In this document: in pieces, positions 48,457 to 62,277 of the stretch
Position numbering within the stretch: the first letter of the stretch is position 1
Layout: every line of letters starts with the position of its first letter
Notes under the pieces: model-generated
The model's database searches: none
What the model saw: only the letters and a program-made list of their open reading frames with translations
Told to the model about the DNA's origin: nothing
Position numbers and translations under genes: made by a program
Source of the DNA: Podarcis erhardii
Lineage: Eukaryota
DNA: 64,000 nt
Direction: 5' to 3' (one strand)
NCBI GenBank assembly: GCA_964252035.1
Contig: OZ176205.1

Positions 48457-51400
48457 CCTCTCTCCTGCCTTGTTTCTTGGAGTGTAAGAATAGACCTGTG
48501 AAATCAGATCAAAGGCCCCATCTAGCCCAGCATGCCATGGTCTTTTATAATGTACAGAATCCCCACATTTTCTTTCTGAAATTCTGTTTTCATTCCCCAA
48601 TCCCCTTTTAGGACTTATGCGAATATTAGAAGCTCAACAAAATATAGCCATGAAAGACTGTGACCTTGTCCATGCACTTCAGACACTGGAAAACTCAGCA
48701 TATTGCATAATTAAGACACCTGAGAAATAAAACTTTAAGGGCTTAAGAGAGTCCTTTTTTATTACGATTATTTATTGGGCTCCAGTGTAGGTTTAAAAAA
48801 CAAAACAACTAATACTAATAATACTAGTAATATTCAACTTTATATTTCCAGAAACGTTTGTTATGTCAGTGACCATCCCTGCTGACAATATATTGGACTA
48901 GTCCATCTGTTTCTCTTCGTTGTATCTTTGTTATTGAAAATGTACATCTATATTAAAAAAGTTCAAGATTATGACTTCAAGGACATATGAATTCCTGATT
49001 CCAATACTGCATACTGAACTTGTGCATTCTATGTTTGCAATTTTAAATTCTGTTCTCCATAGGACTTTTCAGTCTCTAAGCAGAGTCAATGTAATTTTAT
49101 CGCCGCTGAATACAACTTTGTTATTAATATGCTCAGGGGTCTGTCCGTAGACTCCAGTGCTAGCATAAGCCCTGTTCCTTATTGTAAGGTTTGTCACAAT
49201 GCTTACAATGTAGGGATTGGGTTACTTATATTATGTATCTTGAGAAAAATTGTGTTTCTGACTTCAGCACATCAAAATATTTTCCGAAATCAAGTTGCCA
49301 AGAAGCATTGCACTATTTTTCATCTGTTAAAAAGCTTAGGAGCTTGGCTAAAGAATTCCCGACTGTAAACTTGTCCTTGGTCTAGTGGATATTCCAATTA
49401 TCATCATATCCTGCTGCTGCAGCTAACTTTTCATAGAAGTGGTGTATGTATACCTGTCTATCTGGAGCAGGGATGGGGAATCATTTTGCCACAACAGCTA
49501 AATCCTTATCAGGATCTGCCTTGTGGGCCAGAATTGACAGGTGGGCAGGGCCTGTACACTTGGAGTATCCCAACTGTTGAGCCTCTAAGCTATCAGTTCA
49601 AAAGGCTCCAGTTAAGGATAGCCCACTGGACCCTGAATCCTACCAAAATCTGGAGAAATACACGGTCACCTTGAAAGTGGCTGAAGACACAAACAGACTT
49701 TCCTCCAGATGAAGGAAATGCCCACTGCCCATATCTAAAATGCACTCTGGTGAATTTTAGAATCAAAGTAAATGAAATGGCACAGAGGATAGTTATGTTG
49801 TCTTCTCATAGCATTGTAGTTGTATAAGATCCCATGTGAAGTCCTTCATTGTTCTTGGAAAAAGCAGCACGGAACCTGAAAAATATTCCACTCCTTTAAT
49901 GAAAAACCCACACATAATAGGTTGTAGGGTCATTTGGAAACTCTTGAGTTCCAGTTGAAATTAAAACCACTTGTAATGGTTAGGTAAACAGAGATTGCTG
50001 TGAATCAACCACAGATGCAGGTGAGTTGATACATAAGCAATCAGCTTTGGTAGAAAACCCTCTGGGGTGGAAGGGGCTTTTGTTCTTGGCAATTGCCCCC
50101 CAGAAAGCCATCTGAATTCTCGGCTCAGCTTCTGAAGTTGGGAAAAATTATTAGTATACATGTACATGAGATCCACAAAAGCTACAGATTTCTCTTGCCA
50201 GAAGAGCCTCCATTGTCGTCTTGATGCTTTCCATGTGTTTCAAGAAAACTAAGAAAGTAAAGTGAATGCTCTCTGGGGAGGTTCACAACCTAAATCTTCA
50301 GTTAAGAGAGATACCTGCTCAGTAGTTTGAGATCCAAGGAAAAACAAGTTTACCAACAAGTGTGGACAATGACTTTCCTGAATGGCTTGAAATCAGCCAG
50401 TTATCTGTGGCATAAGCTTCTCTAGTAAGGTAAGAATTTTTCAGACTTCTGTGGATGGGATATTGCCATCCCTGTAGCACCTGTGCTCCCTTGTGCTCCT
50501 TACATTTAAGCTGCTTTTTAAAAAGAGACTATTAGAAGGGTTTGAGGCTTACCCAGACGTTTAGAAAATCGTAATGAGTTCTGATTTGTTTTAGTAAATT
50601 CTATAGTGGTTTTGAATTTTTGTATGCTTTATGGTTGTAATTTTTTAGTGATAATTTTATTGTTTTAGCTTTTTTGCAAACTACTTTGAGGTTTTTTTTT
50701 CTACAATCAAGTAGTATATAAATTTTAGGAAATTAAAATTATATTTCTTTTCATTAGATAATAGAAAAAGAAGCATCCTCTTGTCATATATACTAAAAAA
50801 AATATTCAACATTTATTTACTGAATTGCTAAAATAAAGGCAAGGGAAAAAACACAGAATAAGTTTGCATCCATCATCAAGTGCAAGCCTCAGTTAAGTTA
50901 CATAAACTGAATGGAGAACAAAGCCCTACTGATGTGCGTTTTCTAGGAGTTCCTTAGGTCATGAAGTGAAAACACAGATAAAATGAGGCACAACCAGTTA
51001 AGGCAGAAGCTTCATGAGATTTGAGAAGGGATAAACTAATCTTGTATCTACTGTGGTAGCTACAGAGCCATCCTTTAAAAGGAATACTTAAAACTCCTCA
51101 GATTCATGAGGTAATTTTATTTCTTGTAATAATTCTTAAAAAACTGTTGATGTTTAGAAGCACTAATTCAGGATCTCTGCTGATGCCTTTGGAAATGCTC
51201 CCTTATATAAATATCACTGGCTCAGCCCCTAAGAAAATCCTTTTAAAATCCTCATGAACTCCTGAGGTAACAACAGCAGCAGTAGCAGCAGCTGTGGTCT
51301 CCCCTGGACCTCTTCAGGGCTTTGGGGACAGAAGAAACTCCCTAATGAGGAACATTCTGATCCTGCTATCCTATTGGCTTCAGAAAAAAAGAGCGGGAAA

Positions 51401-54400
51401 ATCCCCAGTGACAGAAGGATTCCTATGCCTCCCAGGCAGCTTACCTGTCTGTCTGATTCTGAAGGGAATATGTCTGAAGGACAGGGAAAGGGTGTGGGGG
51501 TGGGAATGAAAGAAAAATAAAATTGGGAAGCCCAACTTGGTCAAGGTTTAAGAGCCTGACCAAAGAATCTGCCTATCAGTTCACAGGCCGAGTCTGTCAT
51601 GGAGGTTGGTGGGTGATACCTCCTTGGTTTCCAGTAAGAGGTGCCATCCCAAAGGTATTCCATGACCTCTGGGAGCCTCTAGTGAGCAAGAGAGCTTTCC
51701 TGATGCTGCCTTTCCATTCCAGTGGTTGTTCCCTCCTCCCTTTTCTTTCAATCATAACAATAATCACACAAAGAACAGAAAAGAGTTTCAGGCAGCAAAA
51801 TGAGAATAGATCACTCTCCCATCCCAGCCAAACCAACAGAAACGAGACCTTCGGATAGGATGACATGAAAATTGAACTGAGGGAGGAAATTGATTTGGTC
51901 AGACGTGTAGCAAATGATGGCAACCAGAAACATTGTGGCCCAGGGAAGAAAACAATCCTTCCCTTTCCTCTCCTTACATCCCCTGAAAGCAACACATCTG
52001 TCAGCTCTGGGGGAAACATGCATTTACAGAGCCGTTTTATACAATAAACCAGCAATGAATGTACAAGTGGCACATGGTGGAGTTCATGGCAAGGCAAAAA
52101 GAGAATGTGCTGTATGTGTCTCTTTTAATAGTGATTTACTAGTGAAAAATTCCCGGGTGTGACAGGCTGCATTTCCTTTTGCCCAGCTATTGAACAAAAG
52201 ACAAAAGGGTTGCACTCAGGGGAAACAAGCTGAGTTGGAGCCATAAGCAACTTGTACTGCGGGGAGGGGGGAGACTGGTCTTCCAGACATGGTTGCAATT
52301 CAACTCCCAACAGCCCCTGCTAGTGTGTCCAGTGGTCAGGGGTTTTGAGAATAGGAAGGCACTGTGCTATTTTTCTTGAAAAAGAGGTGCCGGAACTCAC
52401 CATGAACACCTCCCTTGTTCTCTTATAATAGGAATTGCCAGACCCAGTTTTGTTTGTGTCAGTGTGCGCTGGTCTAATTTATTTCCATTTGATATGATAC
52501 TACCTAATAGTGAAGGAACTGTTTCTGCCACTAACCTATCTCAAGACTGAGCAGAGTAGTCTGTTGGCTACTGCAGGGTGCTTCTTTCAAGCCTAATTTC
52601 GGTGGAGGGAGGGGCGAGGAAAGAACCCACAATGTACTGACATCCCCTGCTTAGATCTTCCCAGTATTATCAACTCTTCTAACTTGCTAAAAAATTATGA
52701 CATCCCTCTGCTGTCCCAGACTCATCCTCTTCAAATATGCCCAATGTATTTTTCCTGTGTGCAGAAAAATTGCTACTAGTGCATGTATAGCCTCACAGAT
52801 ACTATTCCCATCTTCCTTCCATATCTTAGTTGTTGCCCTTTCCTCAAAGGATACAGACTTCTGCTTGGAGTAATATTCCTCACCCCCACCCCCTGTGGGG
52901 GAGAGTTAATAATTCAGCTTGACCTATGCTAAAAACAGGAGAACCAACTGCAGGAGGAACATGACACCAAGTTTGGAGACCATGACATCTATGACGCAGA
53001 CACAGAATAAGAGAGAGAATGAGCCCTGGTTTTAAAATTCATCTGGAGATGGATTAAGATTTCTATGGCATCCAGCCAACTGTAGATTTAAATGTAATTT
53101 GAAAGTTAAGAAAACTATGAGCTACATAAAACACATCAATCACAGAGTGTCCGTTTATGAGCATGCCTTAAAGAGGAGAAAGAAAGCAGGTTTGCAATAA
53201 GTTATGTCTCGCAACTGAGCAGAGACACAATAATCAATAACTGCAGTCCATTCTCAGAGGTAGCATGTGACGCAAGAAAATGCTGGAGTAGTTTAAGAAA
53301 TCCAGATTTAATTAAAAACAACTCTGTGCATACAGAGCGAACATGAAAGGTCTTGGACTTTCAGCAGCCCTTTTACTTTTAGATTACAAATGCATTCTTT
53401 GCCTTAGTCTGAGATGATGAATTTAGCGGTGATGGATTACATATTGTTGTTCAATTATATGTTAATAATTATTACAGTGTTCTGAAGTTTTCCAGGTGTG
53501 TTGTAGGATAAAGAAATGATTTCTCTACTTTCAAAAAAAGTACACCTAGTTAAGAATTTCCAAGCAAATAGCAATGCATGTGATATTTCTTTAATACTAT
53601 TTCTTTTATCTGTTTCTGAGTAAAGATCATGGCATATGAAAGAATCTCAGCACCATCTACTTTCTTCCCACTTGAATATGAACAGGTCTTAACAACATCT
53701 AAATCTCTATTATACATTTCTGTTAAATTTTTTATTTTAAAAAATGTTTTCAAAACAGAAATATCCTGCAACTCTCCAGTGAAAACAAGGCCCATTACTT
53801 TCCTTAGGATGATCCTTGGATCACTTTCTAGTGATTTCAGTGTCTTTTTTCAGAACTATAATCAACACTGAATTATGCAGTGCTGAGGTCTGATGTTGCA
53901 ATACAGAATGGGTTGGGGTTGAAGGAAAAGGTGGAAAGGGTTGATACATTTGAACAAGGTTTGTATCACTGCTGATTGAAATTTATTTTATTTATTAAAT
54001 TTGTCAGTTGCTTTATCTTGGCCAGGGTAACCCAAAGCATCTTATAACCAAACAAATAGACATTAGATCCCACGTAGTTGTTTTGAAAGCATCCCACCCA
54101 CTTCTAAAAAAGGCCGAAGACTTGATTATACTGCAAAGCTTTTGCCTGGCCCCTAAAGACATATAGATACATCCTTGTCACTAGATTCCCAAGGGTCCTC
54201 TGTGGCTAGGAGTGCATTTTATCAGTTCTATTGGGTTCACTGAGCACTGTAGCCCATGTGTTGGTAACCTCAAGGTACCTCAGTGTGGTCTATGTGAGGC
54301 TGCCATTACAGTTAGAAATAATTGTGCAGAAGTATCTAATTACACCTATAATCTCTCTGGCCACAGCCTAATGCAGAGCACATATTATCTAACAGATTGT

Positions 54401-54932
54401 GTTGCTCAATTGACAGTGAATCCAACACGCCTCAAGTTGTTTGCGTGACTAGAGGAAGATTTGAAGCTCAACTAAGTGTTAAAATAGTTTAGTTACTGTG
54501 TGCAAGTCACTACTTATGGGCCCCTTTCCTCTATAAAAGCAAATTTTGAGGGGAGGGGGAATATGAAAAATGGCAAGGAAACTTCAAGTTTGTTAAAATT
54601 GGCATAAGCCTGTTTTACTTTTAAATTATCCACAGCATAAGAAAAACCCTGCCTATCCTACCCTTTTCGCAGGTGCTGCTTACCTGGCTGACACTTTCAC
54701 TGAGCTATCCCCTATCACCGCAAGGTTTTGTTCCTGGTTATTCACTGCTAGTCTGGACCACATTAATGTATATGTGAAATTAGGAATGTTTTGCCCTAAT
54801 ACTTGCTTATACTTTTGAGTACATGAATATCAAAAACTATCCTTCTGTGCTTCAGTGAAGTGATGAGAATGGGGTTATACACAACAGTAACACAATGAGA
54901 ACCCTTTCAAAATTATGGTACATAGAAACAGA

Positions 54933-55113
54933 GGAAGCTGCCTTATACAGAGTCAGGTCATTGGTCTATGTAGTTCAGGATCATCTATGTTGACTGGCAG
55001 CAGCTTTCTACACTTTTTGAATCAGGGTTCTCTCCCAGGTCTACCTAAAGATGTCAGGGATTGAACCCGCCAATCTACTACTTTTGCCTGCTCTACTACT
55101 AAGCTATGACTCT
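54933..55113 (-). mobile_element. tRNA-derived SINE (Squam2-like), copy c
   Basis: ggaagctgccttatacagagtcag...gggattgaaccc...aagctatgac, homologous to copies a and b. Confidence 0.65.
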
Positions 55114-55166
55114 TCGCCACCTAAGAAGGAACAAAAACAGAAAGGTGTTTTTTCTTTATCTAAATC

Positions 55167-55172
55167 TTTATT
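55167..55172 (-). terminator. Candidate SLC44A5 polyadenylation signal (AATAAA on - strand)
   Basis: TTTATT on + strand at the end of a long AT-rich block (about 55200-57800) that looks like 3' UTR; alternatives at 57039-57044 and 57154-57159. Confidence 0.4.
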
Positions 55173-57611
55173 AGAACCTCAAGAGCTGTAAAACAATAAG
55201 GAACAACAAATTGTGTTAAATATTAAACATTTTAGTTCTGAAAAGATATTTTCAACAATATGTCCCTAATATTTCTGCACAGCAGAAGCAAAAAGATTTT
55301 AGAGCTCAGGTGGCCGTGTGCTCATGTTAATTTGGTTCGGGCACAAAAAACAAAAAAGGGAGAAAAACAGACAGTCTCTAAAATCACATTTAAAGTAGAA
55401 ATGTGATTACAGGGGAAACTGACAACACGGTCTTTCATTTGCCACCATGCAATTTATGAATACATATTTCTGATGCTGATAGGCCCTTTTTTTTTTACAA
55501 ACAAACCGACTGCATGAATGATCAATATTAGTACCATTAGCCATACATTTCAAAAACTGAAGAAGCCATTATGTTCTTAAGTTTTAATACTGTGAAGTGC
55601 AAATTACCAACATTTTACAAGGGAAGCAATAATTCAGTATCAAAAGTTATAAAATTAAGAGTCGTTTTATAAAATAACATCTTAGCAAGAGTCTAAAAAC
55701 AAAGCATCCATTTCACACTAGTCAACAAAGCAATAAACACTTTACACAAGTGTAGTATGCATCATTTCATTCCCATTTCTTCTAATTTAAATAGGGGTGT
55801 AGTTCTTTAAAGAATTGACACAGGTGTGTGGTACAGCCCTGACTAGCTAACCACCTTCTATGAAGGTGCGAGTCCCTGTAAGAAAAGCTCTAAAAATTAA
55901 ACCCTGGTCCCATTTCTTTTACTTTGATAAAGCCAATTTTATATCTGGTCCAGTATTTAAACTCTTACTTACTTGAAATCAGTGGAACTTGGAGACAAGC
56001 AAATGCATTTAAGACTGGGGTGTTGTGAAGCTGCAGTCCTGAAAGCTTTCTCCCCTCCTTTAGTGTTGAGGGTGTTACGGAAGTGACTAATTTGGAAAAA
56101 GAATTTCAATATTTACAGCCTAAGTTGTCTGCTCTCTCCCCTTGGGCCTAAGATACACAAGCACTTTTTGCACCATAGCTATGGTTGTCATGCCACTGTT
56201 ATCTCCTGTTAGGAGGACTTATATGCTACAGTTGTCATTAACTGTAGCTATTATTGTGAGGGGGGGCGGGAGGCATTTCCATGCCCAAAGGGACATACTA
56301 CCACATCTGCTTAAGAAGCAGCTCTGTCAGGACTTACACCACTGACAGCATAATGTTAATTGTGAAAACTGCAGAGTGGTTATTTCACCACCACTAGAAT
56401 CAGAAAAGAAATATTCTGCAAACACAAGGCCAGCAAGAAGAAGAAGAAGAAAAAATTAATTCCCGATTAACTCCAGGAATAGGTAAACCTACACCAGGTA
56501 CTTAGGGTTGCTCTGCATCAGAGTTTGGCAGCTTTTCAGGTAATCTCTGGAGTTGTGTTTTTAACAGCAGCTCAATATGCAGGAATTAACAGCTGAAGCA
56601 TTTAATAGTATGGAGAGAGAGAAATTATCATCTGATCATTCCAACAAGCCACAGCCAGGCCGCTGTTAAAAAGGCACAGGTACAAAGGACAGTTGGCAAC
56701 CCTATTCTCAAACATCTTTAAACTGGGAGACTGGGAAGTTCTGGGGGAGGGGGTCCCACATTGTTCAAAATTTTGCATATGTTTCCTACATGGGGACCAC
56801 ATCACCTGTCGAAGCTGAAGGTTAGCACAGGCTGAGTATAAGGAATGGTTGCATGGAACCAGTGCACCAGGGTCCCATGCACCAAACATATACACAGATA
56901 GTTCCTCTAAAAAGAGAGTTCTGTAAGCTACGCCCTGCTTAAAGGTTTCTTGCAGCATACATTCGACACAGATAAAGCTAAGCATTGGAAACCCAAATGT
57001 CCCTAAGCAATTCTCTAAAAGATACCACTCTCTACTGTTTTATTTTTTTTTGGAGATGATAGTAGGAAAATGTAGATACCGCAAATATTTCACACAGGGG
57101 CAAAGGAACAGATTCGTATCAATACATTTCAAGTAAGCTGAAAGACAGTTTTGTTTATTTCGTCAAGCAGTTAGTAGCTCTGTGTTTCAAATGGCGCTTG
57201 TAAACTTCAAAACATAAGCTAGTTAATATTATTAGCCAGTAAGGCACTTTGTCATAGAGCACACAGCTGTACAGGCTAAGAGACTGGCAAGGCTCTAAAT
57301 GCAATCAAGAGACATTGACGTATTCCATGACCACCTAAATGGAAAAGGACCTTTTCACTTTTTAAGAAATCTCTTCACTCGCTCAGAGCAAAATCCGCAA
57401 CAGTAAAACATATTTTCACATATTTTCTTTAAAAAAAAAACAAAACAGAAAAAGCAGCCAGACATTTTAACAATCTTTCATTTCAAATACCCAAGCCACA
57501 AGAATTAAAGGCAAAATGGGGGGGGGAGAGAATAAAAATAATTTTAAAAATCTCAGTATAAAAAAATGCTCCCATGGTTTTTGTTGTTGGATTTAAAAAC
57601 AAACAAACAAA

Positions 57612-57612
<1 letters not shown>

Positions 57613-57652
<40 letters not shown>
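57613..57652. repeat. (CA)20 microsatellite in the SLC44A5 3' UTR region
   Basis: Direct reading; about 150 nt beyond the distal-exon stop on the - strand. Confidence 0.97.
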
Positions 57653-57654
<2 letters not shown>

Positions 57655-57798
57655 GCCGTTACAAACTTTTGATGGCTTCACATCTACAATAGCTTTGGTA
57701 TAAAACATGCGCAAATGATAGCTGACAATCAATACCGTATCGAAGAAACAATGCATCAAACGAAACATGATTGCGTGGTTTAGGACACTGGGCATTTC

Positions 57799-57905
57799 CT
57801 ATTGTCTCTTGGTTTGCATGTTCTGCTTGTTCAGAATCTTCAGCAGAGATTTACTCATGTAATAAGGTCTTTCAGCAGAGCCATCATGACTTTCTAAATC
57901 TTCCA
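57799..57905 (-). CDS. SLC44A5: SLC44A5 distal alternative terminal exon ((L)EDLESHDGSAERPYYMSKSLLKILNKQNMQTKRQ*)
   Basis: Minus-strand acceptor ttcttcctcctag at 57906, phase 1, TAG at 57801-57799; resembles the mammalian C-terminus [24 protein letters not shown]. Confidence 0.88.
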
Positions 57906-59566
57906 CTAGGAGGAAGAATGCCAAAGAGCAAACAATCAAACCAATGTAATACAAAAGCAATTCTGCCACCTGCTGACCTTTTTCATGCACAACAGCAAAA
58001 TCCTCAGTGTATTTTCTATACTGGATGGTTTGGCGTTTACTATACTGTAAACGCTGGTGCAATAACGTAATCAGCCCTTTTTCATTGCGTTGGCCAGATG
58101 CTGCACCAGTTCAGTCAATGAGACATTTGCCTTCCTTTGACATGAATGGGTGCAGGATCAAAGCCTTATTTAAAATTTAATCATCTCACCTCGAAATGAT
58201 TTGCCCAATACTCAAAAGCGAGGAAGTGCATTTTAATCAAGCTTTAGCTTTTATGTTAAAGCACGTTATGCATAAAACCGACATTATAATAAACAGCAGG
58301 ATTTGGCCCAAGGATTAAGAAACACATCAATCAAGTTCAAAAGTATTTATCTTTCAAAAAATAAATTATTCCCTAGTTTGCACATTCATTTCCGAGAAAG
58401 ATATTCAGGAATTTTGTATACCAAGTTTTCTCTTTGCAACAATTTAGCAGATATTTCAGATGAATGCATGAATGCCAAATTTCAGTGCTATTGCTTTGCA
58501 TTTTCACAGTTTTCTTAGTTGCTTAATTGATAAAATGGCTCTAGGATGTTCCCCTCAAAAACATTTGACACTTCGGACATGTATTCTAAACATTTGTGGA
58601 GGTGCAGTTTACAAAGCTTCCAGATTAAAGCTGTAACTTGGGTTGCATCTTAAGATCTTGGACACAACTTTAGGCATACTGAAACTGAAATATATCCTGG
58701 TATGTCAAACCTGAAAATCAGGTTAGTGTCTTGCCTAATTGATTGAGATCAATTGGAATTAGTCTATTAATTTCGAAAGCAGTAAGACCAGAGTAAGTAC
58801 ACTATTGGCCTGATTTAGCACAATGGATGTTTTTTGCATAAGCAGCCTTCTGCCAATGCAGATTCATGCTCATCCCCAATTTGCACAGAGATGCTGATCT
58901 CAGGGCTTCCCAAGTGTCTCGATAAAACATCTTTTGATGGCAACACACATTTGCTTCCAGGACCTCCAGTTGCTAACAATAACCAATTGCTTATTAACTT
59001 ATAGCAGTATTTGGGACATTATATTTTGGTCATCCAGTAATGGATGACATTGATAGTATGCAAATGATCAATAATTCAAGAATATACCTGTTTCACACTT
59101 CCTATTGCATCTGAGACTTAGGAACTACAGTACATATTATTAGTTGGACCAGCCTGCAGAGCGGGGGCTGGAAGAAGCTGACATTTCTGTCTCCTCCTCC
59201 TCCTCTTCCATCATTCCTAAAGGAAAACCCTGGTGAATGGGGTGGGCTGCAGCATGGATGAGATCTCTGAAAATCAAGTTGAGGCACCTCCCACAGGTGG
59301 ACGCTTTGCTTGTGAAATGGCTTTCAAGGAGTCCCTGTTTCTCCTTATAGCCCACACCATTCAGCAGGGTCCACTGACACTCAAGAGGCTTTTAGGAGGA
59401 TGGGTGGAGTTCCTGGGTTGAGGAGTGGGCGGGAAAGCCAGTTTCTACTACCATCACCCTTTATCTGATTTCCCCCTGGATCTAACCCCATGCCTACATT
59501 CATCTGGAATGAAAATAGATCACATGCCTTGGAAAGTGTGCACATAGTTGAGTGCATAGTAAATTA

Positions 59567-59825
59567 CTGTATTTTTTTGCTCTATAAGACGCACCAGACC
59601 ACAAGACACACCTAGTTTTGGAGGAAGAAAACAAGAAAAATAATATTCTGAATCCCAGAAGCCAGAACAGCAAGAGGGATCGCTGCGCAGTGAAAGCAGC
59701 GATCCCTCTTGCTGTTCTGGCTTCTGGGATAGCTGCACAGCCTGCATTCGCTCCATAAGATGCACACACATTTCCCCTTACTTTTTAGGAGGGAAAAAGT
59801 GAGTCTTATAGAGAAAAAAATACAG
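59567..59825. mobile_element. Tc1/mariner-type MITE, 259 bp, related to 31346-31667, with a perfect internal 35-bp hairpin
   Basis: TIRs CTGTATTTTTTTGCTCTATAAGAC and GTCTTATAGAGAAAAAAATACAG, TA TSD at 59565-59566 and 59826-59827; about 85 bp of 3' homology with the intron-4 element. Confidence 0.88.
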
Positions 59826-62164
59826 TAATCGAATGTATTTCAGTTGTCTAGTCATCTAGGATTTAAGCATCCTAATCCAAAATATATTCACCTTGAAACA
59901 AGTCTTTGCTTGCAGCTAAAATTACAGGGGGGTTAAAGAAAGGTCTTCAGGCCATATTAAACATTGATGGGTTCCTCTTTCATTAACAAGATTCACTGTA
60001 ATAGGCCAAGGAGTGGTGGTTGACACCTGTCTGTCACTGAAATGAAATGGCTATGTGGAGTTCAAACTGTTCACCTGAGTGAATTTGGGAAAACTCCAGT
60101 TTTAAGATTGTCAGCTCAAGACATGCTCAATTACTTGCAGAAGAAACAGGCCACTGTTCCACAAATAACTAGTCATTTTGCGCATGAATTTCCATTGAAT
60201 GCTCTCCATAAATATAGCCAGTCATTCCTGCCTTAATGATGGAGGGCTATTATGTGTCGAAGGGGGTTAGAGAGCTCAAAATAATATTGTATTAAAAAAA
60301 AACACCAACACAACATGCTACACTAATTTAAGAAGCCTCTCATGACCCTGAAACAAAACAAGCAGAAAAGCAGAAATTACATTATTGTAATTCAGCCGAA
60401 TCCTGCAATTATTATATAGTTTAGGGGTGAATAAAGGAAGTTACCTTAAAGTAAGTCCTTAACCGAAGGCTATAAACATGATGAAGCCTCTCAATTTTCT
60501 GAGGTTTAGTTTCTTCACTCAGTTTCCACCAATAAGAACATATAACAACACAGATTAGACCTCCAAGAGTTCTGTGTTCCAATATCTGTTTCTCATCTTC
60601 GCACAGTTAGTACTTTCCCACTGTGTCTATGGAGCAATATGGTCACTTGCCTTCCATAGTTGATGGGAGCTATAATGTTTCTACACTTTCAATATTACAA
60701 AACTGTACTTTATTATGTGGAATACTGAGCTGATGTTCAATCACTGGTGTTTTCTCAAATGACACTCAGATGTAGTTCTTGCTTTAATCAGTGATTGGCC
60801 AGGATGCTCATTAGCATGACACATATGTCTTCCCTCATATGAAAAATAATTGGATGTTCACATAGAGGGGCTCAAAGCAACTTAAGCCACACTTATCTCA
60901 TTCTATTTCTCTGTCCACTTAGCAGCAGTCGAGATGGCTGCAAAGCAAAAAACCGCCCCACAAAACCCAAAACCTTCAATTGGGGCTTTTAGCTAGTCCA
61001 GGAGGGCTTTCTCCACAGGGGAAAACACATTACCAAGTTGGATTTCATTCTCTGATTAAGGTAAGGCTGCAACTTACGCACATTTAACTTGTGTGCATTC
61101 AGCTTTACGCGAACGGTAAAAAGAAGTTTTTAAAAAACCTAAAAGGGGAAGAGCGGGTCGAGTTCCATGGCAAAAATACTTTGGCAATCCCACCCATCAT
61201 TGAACTTAATGGGTTTTGACTATGTATAACACAACCCTCATGTAAGCTGTGGGCCTACTGTATTTCCGATAGAGCTAAATCTTTACAAAACACAGGACGA
61301 AACCATGGCACACTTAAGCAATGCCACTAATCATTTTTTTTAAAAAAATTACACCACAGATTTAATATTGCATCAGATGGAAAAGGCTATTGCTTGGCCT
61401 AGATTTTATCCCTAAAATGTTATCTCTGGCACAAGACCCTTTTAAAACAGTTTATCCTCAATAATATGACTCTCATTCTAGGCAATTCAAACAATCTTTC
61501 ATTGCATTCTTGGAGATGACTCAGCATGATGCTAATCTATCTCTCTCTCGCCCCTCCTTGCATGTGACATCTGTAGTGGGGGAGACTGACATAGCAATTT
61601 GCTCTTCATCATAGGGAACCATCAATACAATTTAATCACAGTTTAAGTTGCTGTCAACCAGCATGTACAGTAAAAATACAGCCATAGCACCATAATTACA
61701 AATTTAGGACCACCTGCTGGTTACTAGTCTTGATCTGTTTATGGCTAATTAGGAATCACTGTAGTGCTTTCAAAAATTGCCTGAATATCCTTTACAAATA
61801 TACACCTATAAAAATTTTATCAAAATGGCTGTCATTTCAAACAGCAAAATCTTGAGTTAGAAAAGTTATTAAACACTAAGAGCTAAATATTAAAAAAGCT
61901 TCACATTTACACTTTTCCATAGGCACTCTATAAAAACTATGATGTGGCCTTGTTTCACAGCTGTTAAATAATGGTTTTAAATGTTGCCCATTTGCTCATT
62001 TTTAGATAGTACAAAGCAAACACAAATCATTCATTAACCACAAGCATCATTTATACTTAAAAAAACAACAACCTTTAGCCTAAATAATATGGATCCTGCT
62101 TATTTTATCTTAAAACAGACACTGTTGCCATTTTCACATTAAAAAAAAAACCAAAACCAAAACA

Positions 62165-62277
62165 TTATCCCATTAACTTCTTAGGACTCAGTTCCTTCTT
62201 CCCCAAAATTCGGTGTAGACTAGCTGACATGTAGTAGGGTTTTGCTGTAGATCCATCATTCCTTTCCAAGTCTTCAC
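62165..62277 (-). CDS. SLC44A5: SLC44A5 proximal alternative terminal exon ((C)[36 protein letters not shown]), not in the ORF track
   Basis: Minus-strand acceptor ttcgcattcag at 62278, phase 1, TAA at 62167-62165; [14 protein letters not shown] motif of CTL/SLC44 C-termini; LHX8-SLC44A5 adjacency is known mammalian synteny. Confidence 0.9.

Noticed and set aside
51523-52162. Cluster of 60-166 aa ORFs in the intergenic region
   Set aside because: No recognisable protein similarity, conflicting strands, no convincing exon structure.
59195-59230. RNDG-like codons on the minus strand as a third SLC44A5 terminal exon
   Set aside because: No EDLE or PYYMS context and no acceptor; the sequence runs into a GAG repeat.
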